A stretch of 51,233 bases of DNA from Methanobacteriota archaeon (GTDB lineage: Archaea; Thermoplasmatota; Thermoplasmata; SG8-5; JAGLSY01), in the NCBI GenBank assembly GCA_020697715.1, contig JAEHCO010000008.1, forward strand, positions 1-51,233, read 5' to 3'. Numbering within the stretch: position 1 is the first letter of the stretch; each line of letters opens with the position of its first letter. Below the pieces are notes generated by a model, which worked only from the letters and a program-made list of their open reading frames with translations, was not told where the DNA came from and searched no databases. Positions 28,545-39,070 of the stretch are shown here, in pieces. The position numbers were made by a program, and so were the translations under genes.

Positions 28545-29999
28545 ATGAAATGGCAAGGCGAACTGAAAAAGATAGATGACTTCAGATACGAGATACCGCA
28601 AGCTTACAAACAGGAGATGAACACCTCTGGTATCATCTATGCAGATGACAATTTGATAGAACTGGTTATGCAGGACAATGCTCCAGAGCAAGTTGCCAAT
28701 GTGGCTGCTCTTCCTGGTATCGTCGGCAAGTCACTGGCCATGCCAGATATCCACTGGGGCTATGGTTTCCCAATAGGTGGAGTGGCTGCCACAGACATTG
28801 ATGAAGGCGTTATTTCTCCAGGAGGAGTTGGCTTCGATATCAATTGCGGTGTGAGACTGGTCAGGACCAATATGACCGAAGCCGATGTCAGACCGAAAGT
28901 AAGGAACCTTATTGACGAAATATTCAATAATGTGCCATCTGGCCTGGGATCAAAAGGTAAGGTCAAATTGTCGCCAAATGAGCTCTCTAATGTTCTGGAC
29001 AATGGATCCGAATGGGCTGTTAAGAATGGATATGGCTGGGAATCAGACCTCGAATTCACAGAAGAAAATGGAAATATGGGAGCCGCGGATTCTTCCAAGG
29101 TCAGCGACAAGGCAAAGAAAAGAGGAGCCCCACAGCTTGGAAGTCTTGGTGCTGGCAATCATTTTCTTGAGATACAGAAGGTTGAAGAGATATACGATCC
29201 AGAAGCTGCCAAGGCCTTCGGGATAACTGGCAAGGGTCAGATCACGGTCATGATCCACACAGGCTCAAGAGGTGCTGGCCACCAGATAGCGACAGATTAT
29301 CTACGTGAGATGGAGTCCGCCATCAAGCAATTCAATATCAAACTTCCGGACAGACAACTTGCATGTGCGCCAATATCATCCAAGGTGTCTGAGAATTATT
29401 ACGGGGCGATGGCCAGTGGTGCGAACTATGCATGGGCCAACCGCCAGATGATACTTCATTGGGTTCGTGAGTCATTCGAGAATGTCATGAACCAGAAAGC
29501 AGAGGACATGGACATGAAACTTGTCTATGATGTATGCCACAATATCGCGAAGAAAGAAGAACACATTGTTGATGGAAAACGCAGGAAGGTCATGGTACAC
29601 CGCAAAGGAGCGACTCGCTCCTTCGGGCCTGGCATGAGTGATATTCCAAACATATACAGCGATGTGGGCCAGCCAGTTCTAATACCTGGCACGATGGGAA
29701 CTGCGAGCTATGTCCTCGCAGGAACTCAGACAGCCATGGAAGAAACCTTTGGATCAACCTGCCATGGTGCAGGTCGTATGATGTCCAGAAAGAAGGCGAT
29801 AAATTCCTTCCATCCTGATCAAATAAAAAGCGAAATGGCAAAGGACGGTATCTATGTCAGAGCCGCGAGCGGACAGGTGCTGACCGAAGAAGCGCCTGGA
29901 GCTTACAAGTCCGTTGATGATGTTGTTGGTGTCGCGGATGGTGCTGGCATTTCCAAACTGGTCGCTAAGCTCATACCAATGGGTGTTATGAAAGGTTGA
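28545..29999 (+). CDS. rtcB: RNA-splicing ligase RtcB
   Basis: MPDIHWGYGFPIGGV, GFDINCGVR, GSLGAGNHFLE, HTGSRG, HRKGAT, STCHGAGR, EEAPGAYK; GAGGTGA RBS. Confidence 0.98.
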   Translation: MKWQGELKKIDDFRYEIPQAYKQEMNTSGIIYADDNLIELVMQDNAPEQVANVAALPGIVGKSLAMPDIHWGYGFPIGGVAATDIDEGVISPGGVGFDINCGVRLVRTNMTEADVRPKVRNLIDEIFNNVPSGLGSKGKVKLSPNELSNVLDNGSEWAVKNGYGWESDLEFTEENGNMGAADSSKVSDKAKKRGAPQLGSLGAGNHFLEIQKVEEIYDPEAAKAFGITGKGQITVMIHTGSRGAGHQIATDYLREMESAIKQFNIKLPDRQLACAPISSKVSENYYGAMASGANYAWANRQMILHWVRESFENVMNQKAEDMDMKLVYDVCHNIAKKEEHIVDGKRRKVMVHRKGATRSFGPGMSDIPNIYSDVGQPVLIPGTMGTASYVLAGTQTAMEETFGSTCHGAGRMMSRKKAINSFHPDQIKSEMAKDGIYVRAASGQVLTEEAPGAYKSVDDVVGVADGAGISKLVAKLIPMGVMKG

Positions 30000-30002
30000 A
30001 TA

Positions 30003-30056
30003 GAGCTTGTAGAGTTATTGGAGTTCATTGAGTCAACTCCATAAACTCACAAACTC
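30003..30056. repeat. ~22-bp imperfect inverted repeat built from GAGTT/AACTC units
   Basis: GAGCTTGTAGAGTTATTGGAGTT (30003-25) versus AACTCCATAAACTCACAAACTC (30035-56). Confidence 0.7.
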
Positions 30057-30098
30057 AACCGAATATTATATATTCAATGCCAGAATATTGCGGTTCGC

Positions 30099-30722
30099 AT
30101 GACTGAGTATGATTATTCACAGCTATTGAAATCCGCCAAGGATAAATTGCCAAAGGGCATCACAAAGGAAGAAAGGTTCCAGGTTCCGGAAGTTGACCTA
30201 TTCGTAGAGGGTAAATCAACTGTTTTCAGGAACTTCGTGGACATAGCTGAGACCATAAGGCGCAAGCCAACCGATCTACTCGCATATTTCCAGAGAGAAC
30301 TTGGAACTCCTGGCAATATAGATGGCAGGAGAGCGGTCTTCAAGAGTCGACTTATACCAAAACAGGTAGACACTCGATTAAAGGCCTATGTGAATTCTTT
30401 TGTCTTGTGTACTGAATGTAAGAGGCCAGATACCCACATTGTCAAGGAAGGCAGAGTGGATGTTCTTGAATGTGAGGCATGCGGAGCAAGAAGGCCAATA
30501 GGTGTGAGAAAGAGCACCACATCCACACAGGATATGAAAGCTGTTATCGCGAACAAGGTCTACGAGGTCATGATCCAGGATGTTGGGAAGAAAGGCGACG
30601 GTATCGCAAAGATCGATGATTTCATAATATATGTGCCAGGGACTGCAAAGGGTTCCATTGTCAAGATTAAGGTCACAAAGGTCATGGGAAAAATGGCCTT
30701 CGCCGTATTGCACACCGAGTGA
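30099..30722 (+). CDS. eif2b: Translation initiation factor aIF-2 beta subunit with C-terminal TRAM domain
   Basis: ERFQVP, NFVDIA..RELGT, CTECKRPDT..CEACGA Zn ribbon, GKKGDGIAKIDDFIIYVPG TRAM. Confidence 0.95.
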   Translation: MTEYDYSQLLKSAKDKLPKGITKEERFQVPEVDLFVEGKSTVFRNFVDIAETIRRKPTDLLAYFQRELGTPGNIDGRRAVFKSRLIPKQVDTRLKAYVNSFVLCTECKRPDTHIVKEGRVDVLECEACGARRPIGVRKSTTSTQDMKAVIANKVYEVMIQDVGKKGDGIAKIDDFIIYVPGTAKGSIVKIKVTKVMGKMAFAVLHTE

Positions 30723-30726
30723 TATC

Positions 30727-31671
30727 ATGAGCCTGTCCAAAGGTGAGATATATTCCATCATCGGGATGGGAGCTATTTTTATATTCACCCAGGTTCTTGC
30801 CCTAATTATATCGGGCCCGATGTCCGATGCTGGCTATCAGGCCTTTGAGGATCCTGAAGACCCCATGAACCCCATCATGTACATGGTCATCATCCTGCTT
30901 TTTACAGGAGTTATACTTCTACTTATCAAGGCTGGCAAAAAGAACTTCGTTCAGATGCTGATACTCTTTGCTTCATGGCTCGCCCTGTACTCTGTGATCC
31001 TGCTTCCGCTCTTTTACATATTCTGGTATTTCGGAGGAAATCCACCCCCTGTGAGTTCCCAGGAAGCAATTATCAATCTCATCAATATACTGGCTCTTGT
31101 AATCGCATTCATTCTTACATACATACTTTACAAGTTCCCTGAATGGTATGTTGTGAACTCCCTCGGGATCATTATCGGAGCTGGAGTTACCGCGATATTG
31201 GGCATCTCGCTTGGATTGTACCCAATACTCATACTTCTGATAGGATTGGCGATCTATGATGCCATAGCGGTCTACAAGACAAAGCACATGGTCTCACTTG
31301 CAGATGCTGTAATCGAACAACACCTCCCAGTCCTACTTGTGGTTCCAAAAAGCAAGAAATATTCTTTTAGAAAGCAAAAAGGGATCAAGAGAAACTTGAA
31401 GAAAAAGAAGAAAATAGAGGCGATGTTCATGGGTCTGGGAGATATCATAATCCCTGGTAGTCTCGCGGTCTCTGCCTACACATTCTTTTCCAGCGGGGGA
31501 CCAACATTTGAAAGCTCAATGGTGGCAATGGCAACAATAGTTGGAGGTCTTATTGGCTTCCTTGCTTTGATGAAGTTCGTCATGAAAGGTAATCCACAGG
31601 CGGGTTTGCCTCTACTGAACACAGGTGCCATCCTGGGTTTCGCCATAGCTGTACTTATATTCACAATATGA
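30727..31671 (+). CDS. Presenilin-family (A22) intramembrane aspartyl protease
   Basis: Multi-TM; catalytic YDAIAVYKTKHM and MGLGD motifs; QAGLPLLN. Confidence 0.93.
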   Translation: MSLSKGEIYSIIGMGAIFIFTQVLALIISGPMSDAGYQAFEDPEDPMNPIMYMVIILLFTGVILLLIKAGKKNFVQMLILFASWLALYSVILLPLFYIFWYFGGNPPPVSSQEAIINLINILALVIAFILTYILYKFPEWYVVNSLGIIIGAGVTAILGISLGLYPILILLIGLAIYDAIAVYKTKHMVSLADAVIEQHLPVLLVVPKSKKYSFRKQKGIKRNLKKKKKIEAMFMGLGDIIIPGSLAVSAYTFFSSGGPTFESSMVAMATIVGGLIGFLALMKFVMKGNPQAGLPLLNTGAILGFAIAVLIFTI

Positions 31672-31717
31672 GTGATATATGAGAAATACATTAGGTGTGG
31701 ATGATGAAGGTGTGACC

Positions 31718-32383
31718 TTGAAGATATTAGCTCTCAGTGATATACATGGAACAAGAACTGGAGAGGAAGTTCTTGTTAGCCTTATTTCAAAACATCATCC
31801 AGATATCATCGTGCTAGCAGGAGATATAACGCACTTTGGACCAATATCCTGGGCGACGGAACTCATGAGGAATATCGATCTCCCCATCCTTTTTGTTAAT
31901 GGGAATTCAGATCCCAGAGAGATGATCACGGAAATAATAAGGGATGAGTACCTGGATGCAGACACTCACATGTCCTTCAGAGGAGTGGAGTTCCATGGGA
32001 TCGTGTATCCCTTTGATCTTTTCAAGAAGGAAGAGGTACATGAGAAAGTGGCAGAATTGGCACTCCCTAAATTAGAGACCGTTGAAGACATTCAGGGTAT
32101 AGAGGATATCAATGAGAAGACCATTGATATTCTGGTAACTCACGTCCCACCATTCGGCTTCAATGACAAGACAGAAGGTAAGCATGTGGGTGATCGAGAT
32201 ATCCTTGAATACATACGCATGGTCAAGCCGAGGCTTGTTATATCTGGACATGTGTCAGATGCAATAGGCACCATTGAGAAGAAGGGGCGCACATATGTCA
32301 ATCCTGGAGCGGCAAAGGATGGCCATGCGGCATTGATCGATTATGGTGATAAGATAAGTGTCAAGCTGCTTTCTATCAAATGA
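31718..32383 (+). CDS. Calcineurin-like metallophosphoesterase
   Basis: ALSDIHG, AGDIT, GNSD, THVPP, SGHV, VNPG; start placed at TTG 31718 (alternative ATG 31679). Confidence 0.88.
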   Translation: MKILALSDIHGTRTGEEVLVSLISKHHPDIIVLAGDITHFGPISWATELMRNIDLPILFVNGNSDPREMITEIIRDEYLDADTHMSFRGVEFHGIVYPFDLFKKEEVHEKVAELALPKLETVEDIQGIEDINEKTIDILVTHVPPFGFNDKTEGKHVGDRDILEYIRMVKPRLVISGHVSDAIGTIEKKGRTYVNPGAAKDGHAALIDYGDKISVKLLSIK

Positions 32384-32427
32384 TCATAGCTCACACTATT
32401 CAAAATGATCGAGAATAACTCGGGGGA

Positions 32428-32811
32428 TCAATATGAACCGCGTATCTTGTTCCTGTCCACCATAATACCATTGGATGTAGCCAATAACATATGATGGCCA
32501 ATGCCAGCAACATCACCGTTCGTATCATCGGTGATGGCTTTCAGCTCATTTGTGATCCTTCTCATGACCAGCTCATCATTGGCCAGGGATGAATAATCTA
32601 TAATGATCGTGTGACCCTCATATAGGAATTTGGTAAGGTTCTTGAGATCCTCAAAACGATAGATCTCAGCTATCTTGATAGATGAGCCTGCAAATTTTGC
32701 TAGACTTTCATCTTCATATCCCATCGCCCCGAGATCAAGATATTGTTCTTCTCTGGCGGAGCCTTTCGCATGTGGTTTTTTCTTACCTATTGTAGATGGC
32801 AAAGTAATCAC
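32428..32811 (-). CDS. sepF: Cell division protein SepF (archaeal type)
   Basis: YLDL, IKIAEI..EDL....YEGHTIIID, ELK....NGDVAG....LLAT..GIMVDR.K pattern. Confidence 0.85.
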   Translation of the reverse strand: MITLPSTIGKKKPHAKGSAREEQYLDLGAMGYEDESLAKFAGSSIKIAEIYRFEDLKNLTKFLYEGHTIIIDYSSLANDELVMRRITNELKAITDDTNGDVAGIGHHMLLATSNGIMVDRNKIRGSY

Positions 32812-32843
32812 GACCTTTTATTGTTCACTAGGTATATATCTTG

Positions 32844-32924
32844 GTAATATAAGTCTTATGCAGGATTTCCACCATGAAGCTACTGTTTCATAGCTTATAT
32901 TCCGTAATTTAAGTCTTATGCCGG
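32844..32924. promoter_or_regulatory. Two 21-bp direct repeats, 60 bp apart, with palindromic core (putative operator pair)
   Basis: GTAATATAAGTCTTATGCAGG (32844-64) and GTAATTTAAGTCTTATGCCGG (32904-24); core TAAG-T-CTTA. Confidence 0.55.
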
Positions 32925-33186
32925 GTATTTTCTCCACACAGTAGAATTTATTGCGCGTTTCACATATGTTCTAGGTAATTTGACTTGTCTAAAGATATTG
33001 AGATATTTAGAAAAATAGTATTTATGGCACAAAATACATTGAAAATTATCATTTCTATATACTATCTATCCAATGTTATACAATAACATTAAAGTAGATA
33101 AGTTATTACCGCTCCCCATCCAGAGATTGGATTGAAATCCATTCCCCAAGCCACACAGGCAAGGATTGGAATTTAGAGGTATTAAT

Positions 33187-36100
33187 ATGTCAAAAGATAA
33201 AATGAAATCAATGGATGGCAATACGGCCGCGGCGCATGTTGCGTACGCGTTCAGTGATGTGGCTGCCATATATCCCATCACACCGTCTTCCACCATGGGT
33301 GAGATCGCAGATGAATGGGCCGCGCACGGAAGAAAGAATATCTTTGGCCAGGTCTTGAAAGTGGCTGAAATGCAGTCAGAGGGTGGTGCCGCTGGCGCTA
33401 TTCATGGTTCCCTAGCTGCGGGTGCGTTCACAACGACATTCACAGCTTCCCAGGGACTTCTCCTAATGTTGCCAAATATGTTCAAGATATCTGGCGAGTT
33501 GATGCCAACTGTATTTCATGTTTCAGCACGTTCCCTCGCAATGGAGGTTCTCTCAATTTTCGGAGACCACTCCGATGTGATGGCCGCTAGGCCATCCGGA
33601 TATGCAGAGATATGTTCATCCTCCATTCAGGAGATAATGGACCTTGGGCTTGTGGCTCATCTTGCCACCTTGAGGTCATCTGTACCTTTCATACACTTCT
33701 TTGAGGGTTTCAGAAGTTCCCACGAGATCCAGAAGATCAATGTATTGGACTATGATGATATGGCCGATCTGGTCGATTGGGACTGCGTCGAGAAGTTCAA
33801 GGCCCGGGCACTCAACCCCGAGCACCCGCACATCAGAATGGCGGCTGCCGGACCAGACACATATTTCCAGATAAGAGAGAGGAGTAATGAGTATTATGAC
33901 AGAGTTCCACAGATAGTCCAGGAAGAGATGGATCGCGTCGCAAAGCTCACCGGAAGACAGTATCACCTTGTTGATTACTTCGGAAGCCCGGATGCCGAGA
34001 GAGTGATCATCGCTATGGGGGCAGGTGCGATGACCACATGCGAGGTCGTTGATCATCTTTGCTCGAAGGGTGAGAAGATAGGCGTAGTCAATCTCAGGCT
34101 TTTCAGACCATTGCCAGTCGAGGAGATATATAATGCGATCCCAAAGACCGCGAAGACTATAGCTGTTCTCGATAGAACAAAGGAGCCAGGTGCTTACGGC
34201 GAGCCACTATTCGAGGATATCTGTACCATATTCCAGCAGAAGGGTGACATGAGGACCATTGTCGGTGGCAGATATGGTCTGAGCTCAAAGGAGTTCACGG
34301 CGACGATGGCCAAGACAGTATTTGACAATCTCGCACTGGAAACTCCCAAAAATCACTTCACTATCGGTATAACTGATGATCTCACACACACAAGCTTGGA
34401 ACTGTCCGAGAAGATAGACACAGAACCAGAATCCACGGTCAGATGCAAGTTCTGGGGTATAGGTGGTGACGGAACCGTTGGTGCCAATAAGGAAGCTATA
34501 AAGATAATCGGAGACAATACAGATAAATTCGTCCAGGGTTATTTTGAATATGATGCAAAGAAATCCGGTGGTGTTACTCGTTCTCACTTGAGGTTCGGCG
34601 ATGAGGCCATTAAGGCCAGATACAATCTGGATACTGCAGATTACATCGCGGTCCACAGCACCACGTATGTCGAGAAATATGACGTACTGGAGGGTATAAA
34701 GGAGGGAGGAACTTTTGTTTTGAACTCTCCAATGACCCTTGAGGACATGGAAAAGAGATTCCCTGGAAAGCTCAAGAGAGACATAGCCCAAAAGAACTTA
34801 GAATTCTACAATATCGATGCTTTTGCGCTCGCACAGGAACTCGGCCTTGGCCAAAGGATCAATATGATCATGCAGTCTGTCTTTTTCAAACTGGCAAAGA
34901 TCATGCCAGTCGATGACGCATTCGCTCTTTTGAAGGACGCCATCAAGAAAACATACGGTAAAAAGGGTGATAAGGTCGTTCAAATGAACTACGACGCTGT
35001 TGATACGGCCTTGGCCAAGCTTCAGAAGATCGAATATCCCGATTCATGGAAGAATGCTGTTGATGCTCCTGTCCATGTTGACGAGAGCCGACCTGAGTTG
35101 ATCAGAAGGGTCGTGGACACCATGGGCAATCTCAAGGGCGATGACCTCAAGACCTCTGATTTCGGACCTAGTGGTTTCTTCCCACCTGGAACTTCCAAAT
35201 ACGAGAAACGTGGAACAGCTGTCACGGTTCCCAAATGGATATCCGAGAACTGTATCCAGTGTAATCAATGTGCATTTGTCTGTCCACACGCTTCCATAAG
35301 GCCATTCCTTGTCAAGAAAGATGAGGCTGGAAAGGCTCCAGAAGGCTATGTGGGATTACCCGCAATGGGTAAAGACATGGGAGAATACGAGTTCTCCCTT
35401 GCAGTATCCGTTATGGACTGCCAAGGCTGTGGAAACTGTGTTGATATCTGCCCAGCAACCAAGGGCAAGGCACTGGAGATGACATCCATGGAAGGCCAGA
35501 GGGAAAAGGGTGCTGAAGCGCTCTGGGATTATCTGGATTCATTGCCTGTTCGCGATGGTGGAATGAACAAGTACACTGTCAAGGGTTCCCAATTCCGCAG
35601 ACCATTGCTTGAATTCTCAGGTGCCTGTGCAGGTTGTGGAGAGACACCTTATGTTAAGGCTATCACACAGCTTTACGGTGACAGGATGATGATAGCAAAT
35701 GCAACTGGTTGTTCATCTATTTGGGCCGCATATTCACCATCAACAGCATACACTGTGAACGAACTGGGACATGGACCCGCATGGGCCAATTCCCTCTTCG
35801 AGGACAATGCCGAATACGGTTTCGGAATGCAGTTGGCTACATCTGCCAGGAGAGACAAGCTTGCAAGCTATGTCAGGATCGCACTTGACGAGAACAAGGT
35901 CGAGGGCGAATTCAAAGAACTTCTGACCAAATGGCTCGAGGTAATGCACATCGGTGACGATTGTAAACCAGTATCTCTAAAGATCCAGGAGTTCCTCAAA
36001 GAACGCTCGGATGATAAGATCCTTGCAGGAATGTATGATGAGAAGGACATGTTCACCAAACCATCACACTGGATATTCGGTGGCGATGGCTGGGCTTATG

Positions 36101-36711
36101 ATATTGGATACGGGGGACTTGACCATGTGTTGGCTATGGGACATGACGTGAATGTTCTCGTTATGGACACCGAGGTTTACTCCAATACCGGCGGCCAGGC
36201 TTCCAAGGCGACACCCGTAGGTTCAGTTGCGAAATTCGCAGCCAGCGGGAAAAAGACAGTGAAGAAGGATCTGGGAGTCATCGCAATGTCCTATGGTTAT
36301 ATCTATGTGGCAATGGTGGCTATCGGAGCCAATAAGAATCAGTACCTCAAGGCTGTCAAGGAAGCGGAATCCTACCCAGGACCGTCCCTGATAATTGCTT
36401 ATGCGCCATGCATAAACCATGGAATTAAAGCAGGTGGAATGACCAAGACCCAGTCCGAGGAGAAGAAGGCTGTCGAGGCCGGTTACTGGTTCCTGTACAG
36501 ATACGACCCAAGGCTCAAGGAAGAGGGAAAGAACCCATTCCAGCTGGACTCCAAAGAACCAACTGGTGACATACATGAATTCCTGATGGGAGAAGTGAGA
36601 TACCACACACTCACCCTCCAGTTCCCCGAGGACGCAAAGAAACTGCATGCACACCTTGCCGTGAGCCAGAAAGAGAAATATCTCAAGTACAAGGCCATGG
36701 CAGAGGAATAG
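33187..36711 (+). CDS. nifJ: Single-chain pyruvate:ferredoxin (flavodoxin) oxidoreductase, NifJ type
   Basis: DGNTAAAHVAY, YPITPSS, EMQSEGGAAG, GGDGTVGANK, CIQCNQCAFVCPH, CQGCGNCVDICP, FSGACAGCGET, GGDGWAYDIG, YSNTGGQ. Confidence 0.97.
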   Translation: MSKDKMKSMDGNTAAAHVAYAFSDVAAIYPITPSSTMGEIADEWAAHGRKNIFGQVLKVAEMQSEGGAAGAIHGSLAAGAFTTTFTASQGLLLMLPNMFKISGELMPTVFHVSARSLAMEVLSIFGDHSDVMAARPSGYAEICSSSIQEIMDLGLVAHLATLRSSVPFIHFFEGFRSSHEIQKINVLDYDDMADLVDWDCVEKFKARALNPEHPHIRMAAAGPDTYFQIRERSNEYYDRVPQIVQEEMDRVAKLTGRQYHLVDYFGSPDAERVIIAMGAGAMTTCEVVDHLCSKGEKIGVVNLRLFRPLPVEEIYNAIPKTAKTIAVLDRTKEPGAYGEPLFEDICTIFQQKGDMRTIVGGRYGLSSKEFTATMAKTVFDNLALETPKNHFTIGITDDLTHTSLELSEKIDTEPESTVRCKFWGIGGDGTVGANKEAIKIIGDNTDKFVQGYFEYDAKKSGGVTRSHLRFGDEAIKARYNLDTADYIAVHSTTYVEKYDVLEGIKEGGTFVLNSPMTLEDMEKRFPGKLKRDIAQKNLEFYNIDAFALAQELGLGQRINMIMQSVFFKLAKIMPVDDAFALLKDAIKKTYGKKGDKVVQMNYDAVDTALAKLQKIEYPDSWKNAVDAPVHVDESRPELIRRVVDTMGNLKGDDLKTSDFGPSGFFPPGTSKYEKRGTAVTVPKWISENCIQCNQCAFVCPHASIRPFLVKKDEAGKAPEGYVGLPAMGKDMGEYEFSLAVSVMDCQGCGNCVDICPATKGKALEMTSMEGQREKGAEALWDYLDSLPVRDGGMNKYTVKGSQFRRPLLEFSGACAGCGETPYVKAITQLYGDRMMIANATGCSSIWAAYSPSTAYTVNELGHGPAWANSLFEDNAEYGFGMQLATSARRDKLASYVRIALDENKVEGEFKELLTKWLEVMHIGDDCKPVSLKIQEFLKERSDDKILAGMYDEKDMFTKPSHWIFGGDGWAYDIGYGGLDHVLAMGHDVNVLVMDTEVYSNTGGQASKATPVGSVAKFAASGKKTVKKDLGVIAMSYGYIYVAMVAIGANKNQYLKAVKEAESYPGPSLIIAYAPCINHGIKAGGMTKTQSEEKKAVEAGYWFLYRYDPRLKEEGKNPFQLDSKEPTGDIHEFLMGEVRYHTLTLQFPEDAKKLHAHLAVSQKEKYLKYKAMAEE

Positions 36712-36744
36712 TGCTGAAGTAGCAGGATGGTCCAAAGCAGAAAA

Positions 36745-36785
36745 TGGGGAGCGTTCCAAGCGCTCCCCAATCTTTCCAATTTTTA
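36745..36785 (+). terminator. Hairpin plus T-rich terminator after nifJ
   Basis: TGGGGAGCG-TTCCAAG-CGCTCCCCA then ATCTTTCCAATTTTT. Confidence 0.75.
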
Positions 36786-36985
36786 AATGCGCATTCTCTC
36801 TTTGATATGCACGCATTTATTTTATCAAACTTGTTTTTAAATTATTTACATAATGAGTTTGATTCGATCATTTTTGACATTCTTTATTCTATAATTAATC
36901 ACAACCCTTATTATCCCCATTTCTATACCCATCCGCATAACTGATTGAGACATCGTCTCAAGCATTTATCAAGGAGCTGAATAAA

Positions 36986-37882
36986 TTGTACGAAGTAAGA
37001 TTTCATGGCCGAGGAGGCCAGGGTGCTGTGATGGCAGCCCAGGCACTTGCTTCCGCAGCTTTCCAGGAAGGGAATTACGCAGTCGCGTTCCCCTACTTTG
37101 GAGCTGAGAGGAGGGGTGCCCCGGTGATGGCTTTCACAAGGGTCGATAAGGACAAGATATTCTCCAAGACGCTCATTTACGAGCCGGATTATATCGTGGT
37201 CCTGGATGACAAATTGTGTGGACTTGTAGATGTTTCAGATGGATTGAAGGATAGCGGAATGGCTATTATCAATTCCGCCGAAAAGCCAGAGGACATCAAG
37301 CTGGGTAAAGCAGTCAAATGTGCAACCGTGGACGCTACCACGGTCGCCCTGGAGACATTGGGCCAGCCGATAACTAACAGTGCGATCCTTGGGGCTTTCG
37401 CCAAGGCCACTGGCCTGGTCTCGATAGACTCCGTGGTCGAGGGTATCATGGATATATTCGGCAACCGTATCGGAGAGAGACTGGCAACCAAGAACGCGAA
37501 TGCAGCAAAGGCTGCTTATGAAGTTACTCAGGTCGGAACCTGCCAGGGCGGATTCGAATGTGAGAAGGCAGACAAGTGGCTTCCGGGATACGATGAACTT
37601 CCTCTGGGTCTAGCAACCAGACCGATGGAAACACCAGAGGGATTGGTCGGACCAGGCAGTTTTGTGGACAACAAGACTGGAAGCTGGAAGACCTTTGCAC
37701 CGATCTATGATCCTGATAAATGCATCATGTGCAGAATGTGCTGGTTCTACTGTCCAGACGGTGCTATCAAGGAAGTGGGAGAGGGTGATGCAAAGACCCT
37801 GGAATTCCACCATGAATACTGCAAGGGTTGCGGAATATGCGCCAATGAATGTCCAAAAGATGCAATAAAGATGGAGCGGTGA
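36986..37882 (+). CDS. porC: 2-oxoacid:ferredoxin oxidoreductase gamma subunit fused to delta (2x4Fe-4S) subunit
   Basis: [21 protein letters not shown]; C-terminal [30 protein letters not shown]; TTG start after AGGAG. Confidence 0.92.
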   Translation: MYEVRFHGRGGQGAVMAAQALASAAFQEGNYAVAFPYFGAERRGAPVMAFTRVDKDKIFSKTLIYEPDYIVVLDDKLCGLVDVSDGLKDSGMAIINSAEKPEDIKLGKAVKCATVDATTVALETLGQPITNSAILGAFAKATGLVSIDSVVEGIMDIFGNRIGERLATKNANAAKAAYEVTQVGTCQGGFECEKADKWLPGYDELPLGLATRPMETPEGLVGPGSFVDNKTGSWKTFAPIYDPDKCIMCRMCWFYCPDGAIKEVGEGDAKTLEFHHEYCKGCGICANECPKDAIKMER

Positions 37883-37888
37883 TTCATT

Positions 37889-39070
37889 ATGGTTAAAAGA
37901 GTAGTTACAGGTAATTATGCGGCTGCATTTGCGGCCATGCTTGCAAAAGTGGATGTCATCGCGGCATACCCGATCACACCCCAGACCTTCATTGTGGAAC
38001 ATCTTTCAGAGTTCGTGAACGACGGATTGCTGGACTCGGCCTTCATGAGGTGCGAGAGCGAGCACTCGGCAATGTCTGCTTGTGTGGCAGCCAGCGCAAC
38101 AGGTGTTAGAACATACACAGCGACAGCATCACAAGGACTGGCGCTCATGCATGAAGTTCTTTTCATAGCAGGTTCAGCCCACCTTCCAGTGGTCATGCCC
38201 GTCGTTAATCGAACAGTTGCAGGACCTATCGGCATCTGGGCAGAGCATAATGACACCATGCCTCAGCGGGACTGTGGCTGGATGCAAGTTTACGTCGAAG
38301 ATAATCAGGAAGTGATGGACATGACGATCCAGGCTTTCAAAATTGCAGAGGACAAGCGCGTTCTTCTGCCTATCATGGTGTGCCTGGATGCTTTCATCCT
38401 ATCTCATACAGTGGAGCCTGTTGATTTCCCAGAGCAGGACAAAGTGGACAAGTTCCTACCACCATACAGACCAGATCATGCAGTGTTGGATCCAAAGGAC
38501 CCAATGATCATCGGTTCCTTCTCTCCTCCTGAGTATATTCAGGAAGTGAGATACCAGACAGATGAGACCATGAGAAATGCCCTTGAGGTCGTTGAGGAAG
38601 TTAATGCAGAATGGGCCAAGGAATTTGGTCGCGACTACGGTGGACTTATAGAAGAATACAAGACTGATGGCGCGGATGCCATCCTCATCACACTGGGTAC
38701 AGTTACATCCACGGCTCGTGATATAGTCGATGAGTACCGAGCAGCAGGCAAAAAGGTCGGTCTTGTCAAACTAAGATTCTTCAGGCCATACCCAACCGAG
38801 GCAATCAGGAAGGTCGCCAGCAAGTGTAAGGCGATCGGAGTCTATGACAGAGCTGTGAGTTTCAGTGCTGGCGGTCCGTCATGGATAGAGGCCAGAAATG
38901 CTCTGTACGGCTACACCATACCAGTGATCAATGTACTGGCAGGCCTGGGTGGCAGAGATGTCACAGAACCAGATATTCGCTTGATGTTCGACAAGGTACT
39001 GGAAGCTGCCGAGAAGGGTGAAGCAGAGAATGAAATTGTATGGATAGGCACCAGGGGGGTGAAACCATAG
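37889..39070 (+). CDS. porA: 2-oxoacid (pyruvate-type):ferredoxin oxidoreductase alpha subunit
   Basis: GNYAAA, YPITPQT, ESEHSAMS, TATASQGL, GLGGRD. Confidence 0.93.
   Translation: MVKRVVTGNYAAAFAAMLAKVDVIAAYPITPQTFIVEHLSEFVNDGLLDSAFMRCESEHSAMSACVAASATGVRTYTATASQGLALMHEVLFIAGSAHLPVVMPVVNRTVAGPIGIWAEHNDTMPQRDCGWMQVYVEDNQEVMDMTIQAFKIAEDKRVLLPIMVCLDAFILSHTVEPVDFPEQDKVDKFLPPYRPDHAVLDPKDPMIIGSFSPPEYIQEVRYQTDETMRNALEVVEEVNAEWAKEFGRDYGGLIEEYKTDGADAILITLGTVTSTARDIVDEYRAAGKKVGLVKLRFFRPYPTEAIRKVASKCKAIGVYDRAVSFSAGGPSWIEARNALYGYTIPVINVLAGLGGRDVTEPDIRLMFDKVLEAAEKGEAENEIVWIGTRGVKP

Noticed and set aside
30003-30056. Bulge-helix-bulge splicing motif next to rtcB
   Set aside because: Loops are symmetric or single-base, not two 3-nt bulges separated by a 4-bp helix
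32844-32990. Mini CRISPR array (21-bp repeat, 39-bp spacer)
   Set aside because: Only two good copies, repeat short, no cas genes; operator pair is more parsimonious
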